Assembly (NCBI GenBank): GCA_041479415.1
Contig: JBGOXY010000001.1
Coordinates: 1-41,399, forward strand
Direction of reading: 5' to 3'
Length of the DNA: 41,399 bases
Source of the DNA: Anaerolineae bacterium
GTDB taxonomy: Bacteria > Chloroflexota > Anaerolineae > Anaerolineales > RBG-16-64-43
The notes under the pieces are model-generated. The model searched no databases and was not told where the DNA came from. It saw only the letters and a program-made list of their open reading frames with translations. The position numbers and the translations under genes are program-made. Of this stretch, positions 1-10,058 are shown one piece after another. How positions within the stretch are numbered: the stretch's first letter is position 1; the number at the start of each line of letters is the position of its first letter.

Positions 1-515
1 CGCACGAGGTAGGCCGTGATGTTCCAGAACTCATCTTCGGCCAGGTTGCCGGGGTCCTGCCAGGGCATTGCCTGGCGGATGAAGTCGTGCAGTTCGAGGG
101 CCGTGTTGAAGCGCAGCAGCGTGTTGGGACCGAGCAGCGGCGGCGCGTAGCGCGGCAACACGAATCCGTCTGGAGGGTGGTTGAGAGCATGGCACTTCGA
201 TTGCCAGCAGTTCTGATCTGCGGGTGCCCACTGCGCAAGCCATTCGCTGGTCAGACCCTGGCCGCGGTCGCCGTGGCAGGCCGAGCACACGAGGATGTAT
301 GCCCGCTCGCCGTAGTCGGCCTGGGTCGCATCCGGGCCCAGGTCCGGGATGATCAGCCGCCGCGCCAGCATTTGAAACTGGAAAGGCGTGGGGCTCGCCG
401 CGGGAGATGGCGTGCTGGTAAGGGCCGGCCCTGGGCGAAACGCCACGCCGAGCATGACGAAAGCGGGGATGGCCAGAGCCATCCCCGCCGAGCTCACTAA
501 CGTCGTGACTCTCAT
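1..515 (-). CDS. c-type cytochrome, membrane-anchored (partial; C-terminus runs off the left window edge)
   Basis: Absent from the ORF track because the frame is open to the edge. My translation of the minus strand from ATG 515-513 gives MRVTTLVSSAGMALAIPAFVMLGVAF..., a hydrophobic anchor. It contains the canonical haem motif CSACH (287-273) and a later MPWQDPGNLAEDEFWNITAYL segment typical of class I cytochrome c. A second motif, CWQSKCH (C-x4-CH), lies at 209-189. The gene starts 19 nt after the permease stop on the same strand. Confidence 0.75.
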   Translation of the reverse strand, partial: MRVTTLVSSAGMALAIPAFVMLGVAFRPGPALTSTPSPAASPTPFQFQMLARRLIIPDLGPDATQADYGERAYILVCSACHGDRGQGLTSEWLAQWAPADQNCWQSKCHALNHPPDGFVLPRYAPPLLGPNTLLRFNTALELHDFIRQAMPWQDPGNLAEDEFWNITAYLV

Positions 516-534
516 GCAGTCATCCTACACGAAT

Positions 535-1557
535 CTACTGCGTGCCTCTCAGGCGTGGGTCGAGCGCATCGCGCAGGCCATCGCCCAGGAAATTGAAGGC
601 GAACATGGTGATGGCCAGCGCCAGGGCCGGAAACACGGCCTGATTGGGATAGGTGCGGATGACCTGCCCTCCATCCGAGATCATGGCGCCCCAGGAGGGC
701 GTGGGCGGGTTGACCCCCAGGCCGATGAACGAAAGAAAGGCCTCGAAGGAGATATACGCGGGGATAGTCAGGGTCTCGTTGACGATGAGCGGCCCGACGA
801 TGTTGGGCAGGATGTGGCGGAACATGATGCGAAGGTGCCCCGCCCCGATGGTGTGGGCCGCCTCGATGTATTCCTTCTCGCGCACCGAAAGGACTTGCGC
901 GCGGGTGAGGCGCGCCATGGTTTCCCAGGCGGTGAGGCCGATGCCCATGAAGATGAACAACAATCCGCCCATGCGCGTATCGAGCTGGCTGATGGCGTAA
1001 GCGGGGGAGCCCGGGTCGGGTTTGGCGAAGGTCGAGCGGAAGAAGGCCATGAGCAGGATGATGAAGAGCAGAGTGGGGAAGGCGTACAGTACGTCCACCA
1101 GGCGCATCATGATGTTGTCGACCCGCCCCCCGAAGTAGCCCGAGATTGAGCCGAAGGCCACCCCGATGAGCAGGCTGATGATCGGGCCGATGAGGGCCAC
1201 CGAAAGGGAAACTCGCGTGCCGTACACGATGCGGCTGAACAGATCCCGCCCGACGTAGTCGGCGCCCAGAAGATAATCGTTGCTGATCTTGGCGTAGCCC
1301 TTCATGTTACTGAAAATCGCCAGCACCCAGGTGGGTACCTTGTTGTTGTCGATCAGCACCTGCTCGGCGAAGGGCTTGGGTGCGATGAACGGCGCCAGCA
1401 GGGCCGTCAGGACGAGCAGGATCACGATGACCCCGCCCATCACCGCTGCGCGGTTGCGCAGCAGGCGCCGCCAGGCATCCGCCCACAGGCTTTCGCGCTT
1501 GCGGGTGAGGGGCTGGCCGCCCGCTCCGACACGCAGCATTTCAGTTTGTACGGACAT
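535..1557 (-). CDS. peptide/nickel ABC transporter permease (OppC/DppC family)
   Basis: ORF 535-1569. Polytopic permease with an OppC-type N-terminal segment and a conserved permease loop (AHTIGAGHLRIMFRHILPNIVGPLIV). I moved the start to ATG 1557 (GGAGG 5 nt upstream); GTG 1569 is the alternative. Confidence 0.9.
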   Translation of the reverse strand: MSVQTEMLRVGAGGQPLTRKRESLWADAWRRLLRNRAAVMGGVIVILLVLTALLAPFIAPKPFAEQVLIDNNKVPTWVLAIFSNMKGYAKISNDYLLGADYVGRDLFSRIVYGTRVSLSVALIGPIISLLIGVAFGSISGYFGGRVDNIMMRLVDVLYAFPTLLFIILLMAFFRSTFAKPDPGSPAYAISQLDTRMGGLLFIFMGIGLTAWETMARLTRAQVLSVREKEYIEAAHTIGAGHLRIMFRHILPNIVGPLIVNETLTIPAYISFEAFLSFIGLGVNPPTPSWGAMISDGGQVIRTYPNQAVFPALALAITMFAFNFLGDGLRDALDPRLRGTQ

Positions 1558-1572
1558 TACGACCTCCACGCT

Positions 1573-2631
1573 CTACGTGTAGCGGATGCGAGGATCCAGG
1601 AACGCATAGATGAGATCTACCAGAAGATTGGCCACGACCAGCAGCATCGCGTACAAGAGGATGGTGCCCATGATGACCGGGTAATCGCGGTTGGTGATGC
1701 TGGTGACGAAGTACTTGCCCATCCCCGGAATGCCGAAAATGAGCTCGGCGACAAAGGTGCCCGTCACCAGCGCGGCGAAGAGCGGCCCCAGGATCGTCGC
1801 CACCGGGATGAGCGAGTTTTTCAGCGCATGGCGGGTGATGACCACGCGTTCGGACAGGCCCTTGGCGCGCGCGGTGCGGATGTAATCCTCGCGCACCACT
1901 TGTAGCAGCGAGGCGCGTGTCAGGCGTGCGATAATGGCGGAGTTGACCAGGCCCAGCGCGACAACAGGCATAACAGCGTACTTAAAATACTCCGGGCCGA
2001 TATTGGAGGGCAAGAAGCCCAGCACGTAGGGCGGTTTGGCGCCCCACCCGGTGGGCGGAAACCACTTCAACGTGACGCCGAAAATCCATACCAGGATCGG
2101 CCCCAGCACGATCACTGGCACCGACACACCGAAGATCGCCACGCTCATCCCGAGGTAGTCCCACACCGTGTTCTGCTTCAGCGCAGCCAGGATGCCCAGC
2201 GGAATGCCGAGCAGGATCGCAAAGGTGATCGACATGAGGCCAAGTTGGCCCGAAATAGGCAGTTGCTCGCGGAAGATGTCGTTGACCGTCCGGCTTCGTG
2301 AGGCGTAGGAGGGGCCGAAGTTCATCCACTTGAGCCAAAGGTGGTCACTCATCTTGATGTTGATAAAGGCGTCGTCCGTCAGTGACATTCCGGGCGCCAC
2401 CGACGAGAACTGGGGGATAAGCACCTCGTATATGTACCTCCCGTACTGCACCACCAGCGGCTCGTCCAGGTGGTAGCGCGCGTTAAGGTTATCGAGGATC
2501 TCCTGCGGTAGCCTCTTTTCGCGGTCGAACGGGCCGCCCGGGACGGAGTGCATCAACAGGAAGGTGAGCGCCGAGACCGCAAACAAAACGACCAGCATCC
2601 ACAGCAGACGGCGAACGATGTATCTACCCAC
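1573..2631 (-). CDS. peptide/nickel ABC transporter permease (OppB/DppB family)
   Basis: ORF 1573-2670. OppB-type permease with loop RTARAKGLSERVVITRHALKNSLIPV. I set the start to GTG 2631, preceded by AAGGAG plus 7 nt. The longer ATG 2670 start has no RBS. Confidence 0.9.
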   Translation of the reverse strand: MGRYIVRRLLWMLVVLFAVSALTFLLMHSVPGGPFDREKRLPQEILDNLNARYHLDEPLVVQYGRYIYEVLIPQFSSVAPGMSLTDDAFINIKMSDHLWLKWMNFGPSYASRSRTVNDIFREQLPISGQLGLMSITFAILLGIPLGILAALKQNTVWDYLGMSVAIFGVSVPVIVLGPILVWIFGVTLKWFPPTGWGAKPPYVLGFLPSNIGPEYFKYAVMPVVALGLVNSAIIARLTRASLLQVVREDYIRTARAKGLSERVVITRHALKNSLIPVATILGPLFAALVTGTFVAELIFGIPGMGKYFVTSITNRDYPVIMGTILLYAMLLVVANLLVDLIYAFLDPRIRYT

Positions 2632-2817
2632 GGGACTACTCCTTAGCAGAATGGCGTCGGGTTGGTGCACCCCTCGCAGCTCGCCTCAAAACCCGGTCGT
2701 CCTTCTCCGCCGCTCCTCTCAATTGGGGTGCGCGCCATCGCGCTGGGTCGTTGCACACGTTTGCCTGTCAACGGCACACCCCGATGGCGTTCACGTCGGG
2801 TAAGGCGGCTCCAGGGA

Positions 2818-2841
2818 GGGGGGAGGCCGAAGCCTCCCCCC
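2818..2841 (-). terminator. intra-operon stem-loop (10-bp GC stem, cUUCGg tetraloop), probable partial terminator or mRNA stabiliser after the binding-protein gene
   Basis: The minus strand reads GGGGGGAGGC-UUCG-GCCUCCCCCC, 17 nt after the SBP stop. No U-tract follows, so it is not a classical full terminator. Confidence 0.4.
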
Positions 2842-2857
2842 AGCCAGCAAGATCGTT

Positions 2858-4621
2858 CTACGGCGTGTTGTAGTCCGCGGCGCCCTGAATAGCGAAGGTC
2901 AGGACGTACGCGTAGTCGGAAGCCGTCTCCGGGGCGAGAGTGCGCAGAATGCCGTAGGCGAAGTCCTGTGCAGTAACCATGCGCACATTGCCATCGGCAT
3001 CGAGTACCTTCTCGACCAGGCCCGTGAGGGCGTTGTACTTGACCCACGGAACATCGTTGCGCAGATGGAAGGTATAGGTCAGGCCATCTGCCGAGATGTC
3101 CCAGGAGGTGGCCATGCCCGGCTCGACCAGAGTGGTGACTTCGTTCTGGCGAGAGAGGCCAACCGTGGTCTCCTCCACTATCTGCACCGAGGTCGTATCC
3201 GTCGACAGTGCCGGATCGATGGTTGGCACGTCGCCCGAGCCGCCGGTGTTCAGGTGCAGGATCTTGTTGGGGCTCGACCACTTCTCAAAGTGCTGCATTG
3301 TAATCACCGAGTAGGTGCGGGTGATGTACGGCTTGGTGGCCGAGAAGCGGGTGTACCAGTAGATCGGGATCATCGCGGCATCGGTCTTGACCAGGATTTC
3401 CTCGGCCTGGGCGTACAGGTCGACGCGCTTGACCGGGTCCAACTCTGCTGCGGCCTGAGAGATCAGGGCCTCATACGTGTCGTTCTTCCAGTTGAGGCCG
3501 CCGCCCGCCGCCGGGTTGTTGGAGCCACCGAAGCCAATCGCCTCCTTGAGGAAGTTGTTGGCATCCGGGTAGTCCTGGCACCAGCCGAGGCGGAAGATCT
3601 GCGGTGTGGCGACCGGGTCGAGGATGGTCTTCAGGAAGACCTTCCACTCCTGATTGGTCACCTTCACATCCAGTCCGAGGTTGGTCTTCCACATCTGCTG
3701 GATGGCCTCGGCAATCTTCTGATGCCCTGAGGAGGTGTTGAACATCAGGGTCAGGTCGAGCTTATCGGCGGTAGTGCCCTTCTCGGCTAGATACGCGTCC
3801 AGGAGCGCCTTGGCGCCGACCGGATCGTACTTGACGCCCAGGTCGGGGTACTTGTCGATCGTGGGCGAGCCGGCCAGGCCGGGGCGCGAGAACCACTGCG
3901 CCGGTTGCTGACCGCCCTTGGTCACGTTGTCGATGAGGCCCTGGCGGTCGACAGCCATCGAGAGCGCCAGGCGCACACGTTGGTCATCGACCACGGGGGC
4001 CTTGGTGTTAAAGCCGTAGAAGTAGGTGCACAGGTCGGGCCCGATCGAGTATTCCTTCGAGAGAACCGGGTCGGCCTTGACGCGGTCGCTATCGGCCAGC
4101 GGCACGGCCGCCACGTCCAAGTTGCCCGCCTCGTACTCGGCGAAGGCCGGCGACTCATCCAGCATCACCTGATTGACTTCGTCGATCTTGGCCTGCGGGA
4201 TTGCTTCCGACCCCGGCCAGAAGGGGTTCTTGATCAGGGTAATGCTCGAGTCGTGGACCCACTCTTTCAGCGTGTACGGGCCGTAGCCCTGGAAAAAGCC
4301 AGTCTCAGTCCAGCGTCCGCCCTTCTCCTCGATGAGCCACTGGGGCTGCGCATGGGCAATCCACATGCCTGCGATATTCGCGTTGTAGGCCGCCGGTTGC
4401 TTGAAGGTGATCTCCAGGGTAGTGGCATCGATGGCCTTGACGCCCACGATGCTCGGATCCTTCGCCGGCACGGGGGTCGGAGTGACCTCCACGATCGTCG
4501 AGGCACCCGGCACCACCACTGTCTGCACCACGGTCTGCGGGGTGGCACCACCACCGCAGGCGGAGAGCAGCACGGAAGCTACGATGAGCAGAGACGCAAC
4601 ACTCAAAACCTTAGTGCGCAT
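2858..4621 (-). CDS. ABC transporter substrate-binding lipoprotein, family 5 (peptide/nickel type)
   Basis: ORF 2858-4669. Full-length similarity pattern to OppA/DppA-type SBPs. I set the start to ATG 4621 (AAGGAGG upstream), which gives the lipoprotein signal MRTKVLSVASLLIVASVLLSAC-GGG. Confidence 0.9.
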   Translation of the reverse strand: MRTKVLSVASLLIVASVLLSACGGGATPQTVVQTVVVPGASTIVEVTPTPVPAKDPSIVGVKAIDATTLEITFKQPAAYNANIAGMWIAHAQPQWLIEEKGGRWTETGFFQGYGPYTLKEWVHDSSITLIKNPFWPGSEAIPQAKIDEVNQVMLDESPAFAEYEAGNLDVAAVPLADSDRVKADPVLSKEYSIGPDLCTYFYGFNTKAPVVDDQRVRLALSMAVDRQGLIDNVTKGGQQPAQWFSRPGLAGSPTIDKYPDLGVKYDPVGAKALLDAYLAEKGTTADKLDLTLMFNTSSGHQKIAEAIQQMWKTNLGLDVKVTNQEWKVFLKTILDPVATPQIFRLGWCQDYPDANNFLKEAIGFGGSNNPAAGGGLNWKNDTYEALISQAAAELDPVKRVDLYAQAEEILVKTDAAMIPIYWYTRFSATKPYITRTYSVITMQHFEKWSSPNKILHLNTGGSGDVPTIDPALSTDTTSVQIVEETTVGLSRQNEVTTLVEPGMATSWDISADGLTYTFHLRNDVPWVKYNALTGLVEKVLDADGNVRMVTAQDFAYGILRTLAPETASDYAYVLTFAIQGAADYNTP

Positions 4622-4730
4622 GCTTCCCCTCCTTGTAAGGGATTCAACTAAGAGTCGAGCACGTTTCACCCATTCTTATCCATGCGACAGCCCGGCCATC
4701 ACCTCCTTCCCTCCCGAACCTGTGGAGCAA

Positions 4731-5711
4731 TCAGACCATATGGCAGGCCACCCAGTGCATGGGCGAGATCTCGCGCCACTCGGGCACTTTCTCGGCGCAG
4801 ATTTCGCGCGCCAGCGGGCAGCGGGTGCGGAAGCGGCATCCAGAGGGCGGGTTGACTGGGCTAGGCACGTCACCCTCCAAAATGATGCGATGGCGCTTCT
4901 CTTCCACCGCCGGGTCGGCCACGGGCACGGCCGACATCAGGGCCTGCGTGTAGGGGTGCAGCGGATGCGCGAACAACTCGTCGCGGGTGGCCAACTCGAC
5001 GATGATGCCCAAGTACATGACCGCCACGCGGTTGCTGATGTGGCGCACCATCGAGAGGTCGTGCGCGATGAAGAGGTAAGTCAAACCGAATTGGCTCTGC
5101 AAATCCTCCAGCAGGTTCACCACCTGAGCCTGGATCGAGACATCCAGGGCCGAGATGGGTTCGTCGCAGATGATGAGCGACGGCTGCAGGGCCAGGGCGC
5201 GCGCCACGCCGATGCGCTGGCGCTGGCCGCCCGAGAATTCGTGCGGGTAGCGGTTGGAGAAGGCCGGGTTGAGGCCCACCAGCGAGAGCAGTTGTTCGAC
5301 GCGCTCTTCCACGGCGGCCCCTTTGGCCACCTGGTGGATGATCAGCGGTTCGCCGACGATTTCGCCGACCGTCATGCGCGGATTCAGGCTGGCGTACGGA
5401 TCCTGAAAGATCATCTGCATGCGCCGCCGCATCAGGCGCATCTTCTCGGGTTTGAGGGTTGTCAGGTCAGTATCCTCAAAGTAGACGTGCCCCGACGTGG
5501 GGCGATACAACTGCAAGATCGTGCGGCCGGTCGTCGACTTGCCGCAGCCCGATTCGCCCACCAGCCCAAAGGTCTCGCCGCTCTTGATAAAAAAGGAAAT
5601 GTCGTCCACCGCGTGAACCGCGCCGACCTGGCGCTGCACGATGATCCCGCGCGTGATCGGGAAATACTTGACGAGATGCTCCACCCGCAGCAGGATGTTG
5701 TTGTCGCTCAT
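4731..5711 (-). CDS. peptide ABC transporter ATP-binding protein (OppF/DppF type)
   Basis: Walker [13 protein letters not shown] signature FSGGQRQR, Walker B LIICDEP, and an oligopeptide-type C-terminal domain with Cys residues. I set the start to ATG 5711 ([13 protein letters not shown]), which forms an ATGA overlap with the upstream ATPase stop. Confidence 0.92.
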   Translation of the reverse strand: MSDNNILLRVEHLVKYFPITRGIIVQRQVGAVHAVDDISFFIKSGETFGLVGESGCGKSTTGRTILQLYRPTSGHVYFEDTDLTTLKPEKMRLMRRRMQMIFQDPYASLNPRMTVGEIVGEPLIIHQVAKGAAVEERVEQLLSLVGLNPAFSNRYPHEFSGGQRQRIGVARALALQPSLIICDEPISALDVSIQAQVVNLLEDLQSQFGLTYLFIAHDLSMVRHISNRVAVMYLGIIVELATRDELFAHPLHPYTQALMSAVPVADPAVEEKRHRIILEGDVPSPVNPPSGCRFRTRCPLAREICAEKVPEWREISPMHWVACHMV

Positions 5712-6697
5712 TCGCGAGGGCTCCCGGTTTTGACATCCACCCAGCAAGCCGCACGGTGATCCACACCCACGGGCAGGAGCAGGGGGTTTTCCTTCCAGCA
5801 GCGTTCGTAGGCATACGTGCAGCGCGGGGCGAACGGGCAGTAGTTAGGCTTCTCGTACAGGGTGGGCGGCAGCCCGTCGATCGAAATCAGCCGCCTGTGT
5901 TCCTGGTCGTCGAGCCGCGGGAGGCTGCCCATCAGGCCGATCGTGTAAGGATGCAGGGGGTTGCCGTACAGCTCTTTAACCGGCGCTTCTTCAATGATGT
6001 AGCCGGCATACATCACCAGGACGCGCTTGGCCAGCCCGGCAATAATGCCCAGGTCGTGGGTAATCCAGATCACGGCCATGCCGATCTCATCGCGCAAGCG
6101 CTTGACCAGCTCGATAATCTGAGCCTGGATGGTTACATCGAGCGCCGTCGTAGGTTCATCGGCGATCAGCACCTGCGGGGTGCACGAGAGCGCCATGGCA
6201 ATCATCACCCGCTGGCGCATGCCGCCCGAGAACTGGTGCGGATAATCGTTCAGGCGGTCCTCGCCCTGGGGAATGTTCACCATGCGCATGAGCTCAACCG
6301 CACGCTCCCGCGCTTGAGCCTGACTCATGCCAAGGTGCAGTTCGAGCGGCTCGGTGAGCTGGCGGCCGATGGTCAGCACCGGGTTGAAGGAGGTCATCGG
6401 GTCCTGAAAGACCATGCTGATGCGTGCGCCGCGCACGTGACGGATCTCTTCTTCCGTCATCGTCAGCAGATCGCTGCCCTGGAACAACGCCGTGCCCGCG
6501 GCGATCTTGCCCGGGGGGGCGGGAATGAGACGCAGAAGGGAGAGCATCGTAACGGTCTTGCCACATGCGCTTTCCCCCACCACACCAAGCGTTTCTCCCT
6601 CCTTGATGTTAAAAGAGACTCCGTTGACGGCGTGCACCATCCCGTCGCGCGTCTTGAAGCGAGTCTCCAGACCTTTGACATCTAGCAGATCTGCCAT
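5708..6697 (-). CDS. peptide ABC transporter ATP-binding protein (OppD/DppD type)
   Basis: Walker A GESACGKT, signature FSGGMRQR, Walker [13 protein letters not shown], and an OppD-type C-terminal extension ([16 protein letters not shown]). Confidence 0.92.
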   Translation of the reverse strand: MADLLDVKGLETRFKTRDGMVHAVNGVSFNIKEGETLGVVGESACGKTVTMLSLLRLIPAPPGKIAAGTALFQGSDLLTMTEEEIRHVRGARISMVFQDPMTSFNPVLTIGRQLTEPLELHLGMSQAQARERAVELMRMVNIPQGEDRLNDYPHQFSGGMRQRVMIAMALSCTPQVLIADEPTTALDVTIQAQIIELVKRLRDEIGMAVIWITHDLGIIAGLAKRVLVMYAGYIIEEAPVKELYGNPLHPYTIGLMGSLPRLDDQEHRRLISIDGLPPTLYEKPNYCPFAPRCTYAYERCWKENPLLLPVGVDHRAACWVDVKTGSPRE

Positions 6698-6993
6698 TAC
6701 ACCTCTCAGTCTGCCTCCACCCCATTTGGAGGGGATATGCGGACACGCTCACGACGGCCGAAAGGGCCTCGCAAGCCGACAACCCCCTGTTGTCTAGGTG
6801 CTGCAGAGTGCGGATGTGTGCTGTGTGTCGGCCGTGTCCGGCACGGTCACGAGAGGGGACGCCGAAGCCAAATCGCATCCGATCTCCGCCGGGCGGTCCG
6901 CACCGCAAGGGCCGGCTGATCGGACCCACGGCTGCCGCAACGGGCCCCCCCACAGTCGGCGCCCAGCACCACAGGACGCTAATTTGGAAGGAA

Positions 6994-7002
6994 AGTATAC
7001 CA
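6994..7002 (-). promoter_or_regulatory. candidate extended -10 promoter element (TGGTATACT) for the ATPase-SBP-permease genes
   Basis: The minus strand reads TGgTATACT inside an AT-rich patch, directly after the stop of the upstream SBP gene. There is no convincing -35. It would give a leader of about 290 nt. Confidence 0.35.
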
Positions 7003-7009
7003 CATTGCC

Positions 7010-8986
7010 TCAATCGCTCAGGGAAAGGGCCTCGATATTCCACAACCCGGAGGCCGAGGTCGCGTCTGCTTGCAGACCCACCAAATCGGGACGGCCCGCC
7101 AGCACGCGCAATTTGAGGTACAGCGGCAGCGAGGGCAACGCCTCGGCGAAGATCTGCTGGGCCCGCCGGAACCCTTCGGTGTAGGCGGTCTCGTCTGGCA
7201 AGGCGGCGAGCGCAGATTCGCAGGCTGCGTCATATGCGGCGTTGCTGAAGCCCGTCGCATTCTGGCCGATCCAGCCATTCTCGGCCGAGGGGATTTCGCG
7301 GCCCAGATACAACTCACAGGAAGGCGTCGCGCCGCTCAGCCAGGTGTATTGGGCCATCGTAAACTGCCGCCCAAACACCGCGCCGTCACTCCCGGCACGC
7401 AACAGCCCGCTGTCGAAGAATTGCACGTTCAAGGCGATACCACATTCGGCGAGGTTGGCCGCCAACATTTCCACCGCCACCCGACGTTGGACTCCGCTCA
7501 CGGCATACAGATCCAAGCGCAGCGGAGTGCCGCCCGTGACGCCGCGCACGCCGGAGGCCACCCGCATCGTGCTTCCGCCGGCCGTGGGCAGGCGCCAGCC
7601 AAGAGCTTCCAGCATCTTCTTCCCGCGCTCGGGATCGTAGGCCAGCGGCGCCACCTCCGGGTTGGCCAGCGGACTGAGCGGCGATGCAAACGAGGCCGGC
7701 ACGTGCGTCGCCCCGTGGAACAGCGCCTCAACCAGCGCCGTGCGGTCGGTGCACAAGGCCAGCGCCTGCCGCAACTGCGGTTCCGCAAGGAGCGGCGGAT
7801 GCTGGTAGACATAAGGAGTCACCGGCTGCAAATTGAAATCAATGTGTTCCCAGGCGGTGCCGGGCGTATACGAAAGCGTGATCACACCGCGGTCGCGCAA
7901 AGCCATGAGTAAGGGCAAGCGGTCATCGAGCGCTACGCTCTGGTCCACCACATCACATTCACCCGCCAGGAGCGCCGCCACGCCTCCATCGGCATCCGCC
8001 CCGATGAATCGAAAGGTCATCTCGTCGAAGTAGGGCAGACCTTCATCGGCGCGCCAGTAGTGAGTGTTCTTGGTCAACGCAATGTAACGGCCAGGCTGCC
8101 ATTCCTCGATGACGTACGCGCCCCACCCCAACGGCCGGCGTGTGGCCGGCTCCGACACGAGCAGATCCTTGGGCGCGATTCCACCGTAGGCGTGGCGCGG
8201 CAGTGGGGTCTGGAACCGCAACATATAAGCGGGGTCGAGCCAGCCGGGCACCCCCACCCATTGCACCGTCAACGAATCCAGCACCTTGTAGCTCAGAGTG
8301 CGGTCGAGGCGATCCCGTTCATAGGGAGAGAGCGGGGTGTCGGGGCTGGAGGCAACTTCGAAGGCGAAGAGCGAGTCGTCGGCGGTGAGCGGCACTCCAT
8401 CCGACCAGGTAATGCCTTGACGCAGGTCGAAGTTTGCCGTCAATTGATCCATCGTCACGTCGCCGCCGGAATACGTCGTCGCGCATGACGCATCGCGGCA
8501 TCCGGCCGGGCGAATCGTTTCTCCGATCGCCAGGGTGACAGGCACGCCGGTGTTGTTCAAGACGCGGTCGCCCTCGCGGACCGTTACGGGCGCCACGACC
8601 GCCCCTTTGTTTTCGATTGACGGCAGGCTTGCGAGGATCACCGGCTGATAGCCGAATCCGTTGCTGTCGATCGGGCCGTCGTAGATCGCCTCCAACACGG
8701 TGCGCATCGCCAGGTCATTGCCGCTGTTGAGGTACAGGCTTTGCGGTTCCGCGCCGAGGCACACCATCAGCGTGGTGGGCGGTGCAGGGATCGGAGAGGC
8801 GGTTGGGTTGGGGGAGGGCGAAGCCAGGGGCGGCAAAGGCGTGCCGCCGCCAGTGCAGGCGAAGAGGAAGAGCGCCGTGAACACGAGAGAGATCACCGCG
8901 CGGATTGCGCGAGCGGGTGATGCGCTGGGGTTTCTCAGGGCGACTGGACCCACACCCAACGAGCCAGCCGAAAAAGTGCGCCGCAC
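7010..8986 (-). CDS. second family-5 ABC substrate-binding lipoprotein (peptide/nickel type)
   Basis: 658-aa ORF with family-5 SBP architecture and the lipobox LFLFAC-TGGG. It has its own strong promoter upstream. Confidence 0.88.
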   Translation of the reverse strand: MRRTFSAGSLGVGPVALRNPSASPARAIRAVISLVFTALFLFACTGGGTPLPPLASPSPNPTASPIPAPPTTLMVCLGAEPQSLYLNSGNDLAMRTVLEAIYDGPIDSNGFGYQPVILASLPSIENKGAVVAPVTVREGDRVLNNTGVPVTLAIGETIRPAGCRDASCATTYSGGDVTMDQLTANFDLRQGITWSDGVPLTADDSLFAFEVASSPDTPLSPYERDRLDRTLSYKVLDSLTVQWVGVPGWLDPAYMLRFQTPLPRHAYGGIAPKDLLVSEPATRRPLGWGAYVIEEWQPGRYIALTKNTHYWRADEGLPYFDEMTFRFIGADADGGVAALLAGECDVVDQSVALDDRLPLLMALRDRGVITLSYTPGTAWEHIDFNLQPVTPYVYQHPPLLAEPQLRQALALCTDRTALVEALFHGATHVPASFASPLSPLANPEVAPLAYDPERGKKMLEALGWRLPTAGGSTMRVASGVRGVTGGTPLRLDLYAVSGVQRRVAVEMLAANLAECGIALNVQFFDSGLLRAGSDGAVFGRQFTMAQYTWLSGATPSCELYLGREIPSAENGWIGQNATGFSNAAYDAACESALAALPDETAYTEGFRRAQQIFAEALPSLPLYLKLRVLAGRPDLVGLQADATSASGLWNIEALSLSD

Positions 8987-9033
8987 ATCTGCTCCGAGCG
9001 ATGAAGACTGACCGATGAGGGCTGAACGACTGG

Positions 9034-9062
9034 ACTATAGCACAGGGCTACATGAGGGTCAA
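9034..9062 (-). promoter_or_regulatory. sigma70-type promoter TTGACC-N17-TATAGT for the 658-aa SBP gene
   Basis: Minus strand: -35 TTGACC (9062-9057), a 17-nt spacer, and -10 TATAGT (9039-9034). This lies about 45 nt upstream of ATG 8986. Confidence 0.6.
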
Positions 9063-9168
9063 GACGGCCAGGTGGCCTATTCGGGTAATTTCGACCGGTA
9101 CCGGTCAACCCGCATGAGTACAAACTCGTTACACGATCTCAAGCGGCGCGTCCTCGTCGGCGCGGATC

Positions 9169-9951
9169 TCAAGCGAGAGGGTTGTCGTCCCCGTTCTCGG
9201 TCGGTTTTTCGTGCGCCATGTGCCGCGCTTGCCACTCGTCGACGAGCGCGCGCTCGCGCGGCGTGAGGGCGGCCTTGGCCAGCAGGTCGGGTCGGCGCTG
9301 CCAGGTGCGGTACAGCGCCTGCTCTCGCCGCCAGCGAGCGATTTCCGCGTGATGCCCGGAGGCCAACACGTCCGGCACGCGCCATCCGCGATAATCCGCC
9401 GGTCGCGTATAGTGGGGATACTCGAGCAGCCCGCTCGACAGGCTGTCGTCGAGCGCGCCGTCTTCATCCCCGATGGCACCCGGCAACAGGCGCGTCACCG
9501 CTTCGACCACGACCATGGCTGCGAGCTCCCCGCCGCTCAACACGTAGTCGCCGACTGAGAGCTCCTCGGTTGCCAGATGCTCGCGTACGCGCTCATCCAC
9601 GCCCTCATAGCGGCCGCACAACAACGCGAAGCCGGGGGCTTGGGCCAGCTGCCAGGCGCGCTCCTGGGTGAACAGGCCCCCTTGAGGCGAAAGCAGAATG
9701 ACCGGCAGGCGCGGCGGATCGCCCAGCGCCGCCTCGACGGCCGCGAAGATCGGCTCGGGCTTCATGACCATGCCACCTCCGCCGCCATAAGGCGTGTCGT
9801 CGGTCACTTGATGCCGGTCGGTGGCATAGTCGCGAATATTATGAAGCCTGACGCGCAGCAAGCCGCGAGTCAGCGCGCGGCCGAGAATGCTCTCGCGCAG
9901 CGGGCTTTCAAACATTCCGGGGAACAGGGTGAAGATTTCTACGTCGAGCAT
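9169..9951 (-). CDS. trmD: tRNA (guanine37-N1)-methyltransferase
   Basis: ORF 9169-10059, trimmed to ATG 9951 ([26 protein letters not shown]). TrmD/SPOUT motifs are present: [11 protein letters not shown] and [17 protein letters not shown]. Confidence 0.93.
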   Translation of the reverse strand: MLDVEIFTLFPGMFESPLRESILGRALTRGLLRVRLHNIRDYATDRHQVTDDTPYGGGGGMVMKPEPIFAAVEAALGDPPRLPVILLSPQGGLFTQERAWQLAQAPGFALLCGRYEGVDERVREHLATEELSVGDYVLSGGELAAMVVVEAVTRLLPGAIGDEDGALDDSLSSGLLEYPHYTRPADYRGWRVPDVLASGHHAEIARWRREQALYRTWQRRPDLLAKAALTPRERALVDEWQARHMAHEKPTENGDDNPLA

Positions 9952-10012
9952 CGTTGTCCCGCTCAGTATCCTAGATGAGATCCCGTCTCGCTGGGTACGA
10001 CCCGTGCCGAGG

Positions 10013-10041
10013 ATTCTAGCCCGGCCGGGCGCGCCCCACAA
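10013..10041 (-). promoter_or_regulatory. candidate promoter TTGTGG-N17-TAGAAT for trmD
   Basis: Minus strand: -35 TTGTGG (10041-10036), a 17-nt spacer, and -10 TAGAAT (10018-10013). Confidence 0.45.
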
Positions 10042-10058
10042 GGCCCGCCGGGCACACA

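Noticed and set aside
87-1149. Plus-strand ORFs 87-500 and 388-1149
   Set aside because: They are antisense to the cytochrome c gene (CSACH motif) and to the OppC-type permease. Their translations are low-complexity and Arg/Gly-rich.
6794-7003. 69-aa minus-strand ORF inside the 312-nt spacer of the ABC locus
   Set aside because: It has a GTG start embedded in the putative -10 element, no RBS and a Gly/Ala/Arg-rich product. It is more likely non-coding leader.
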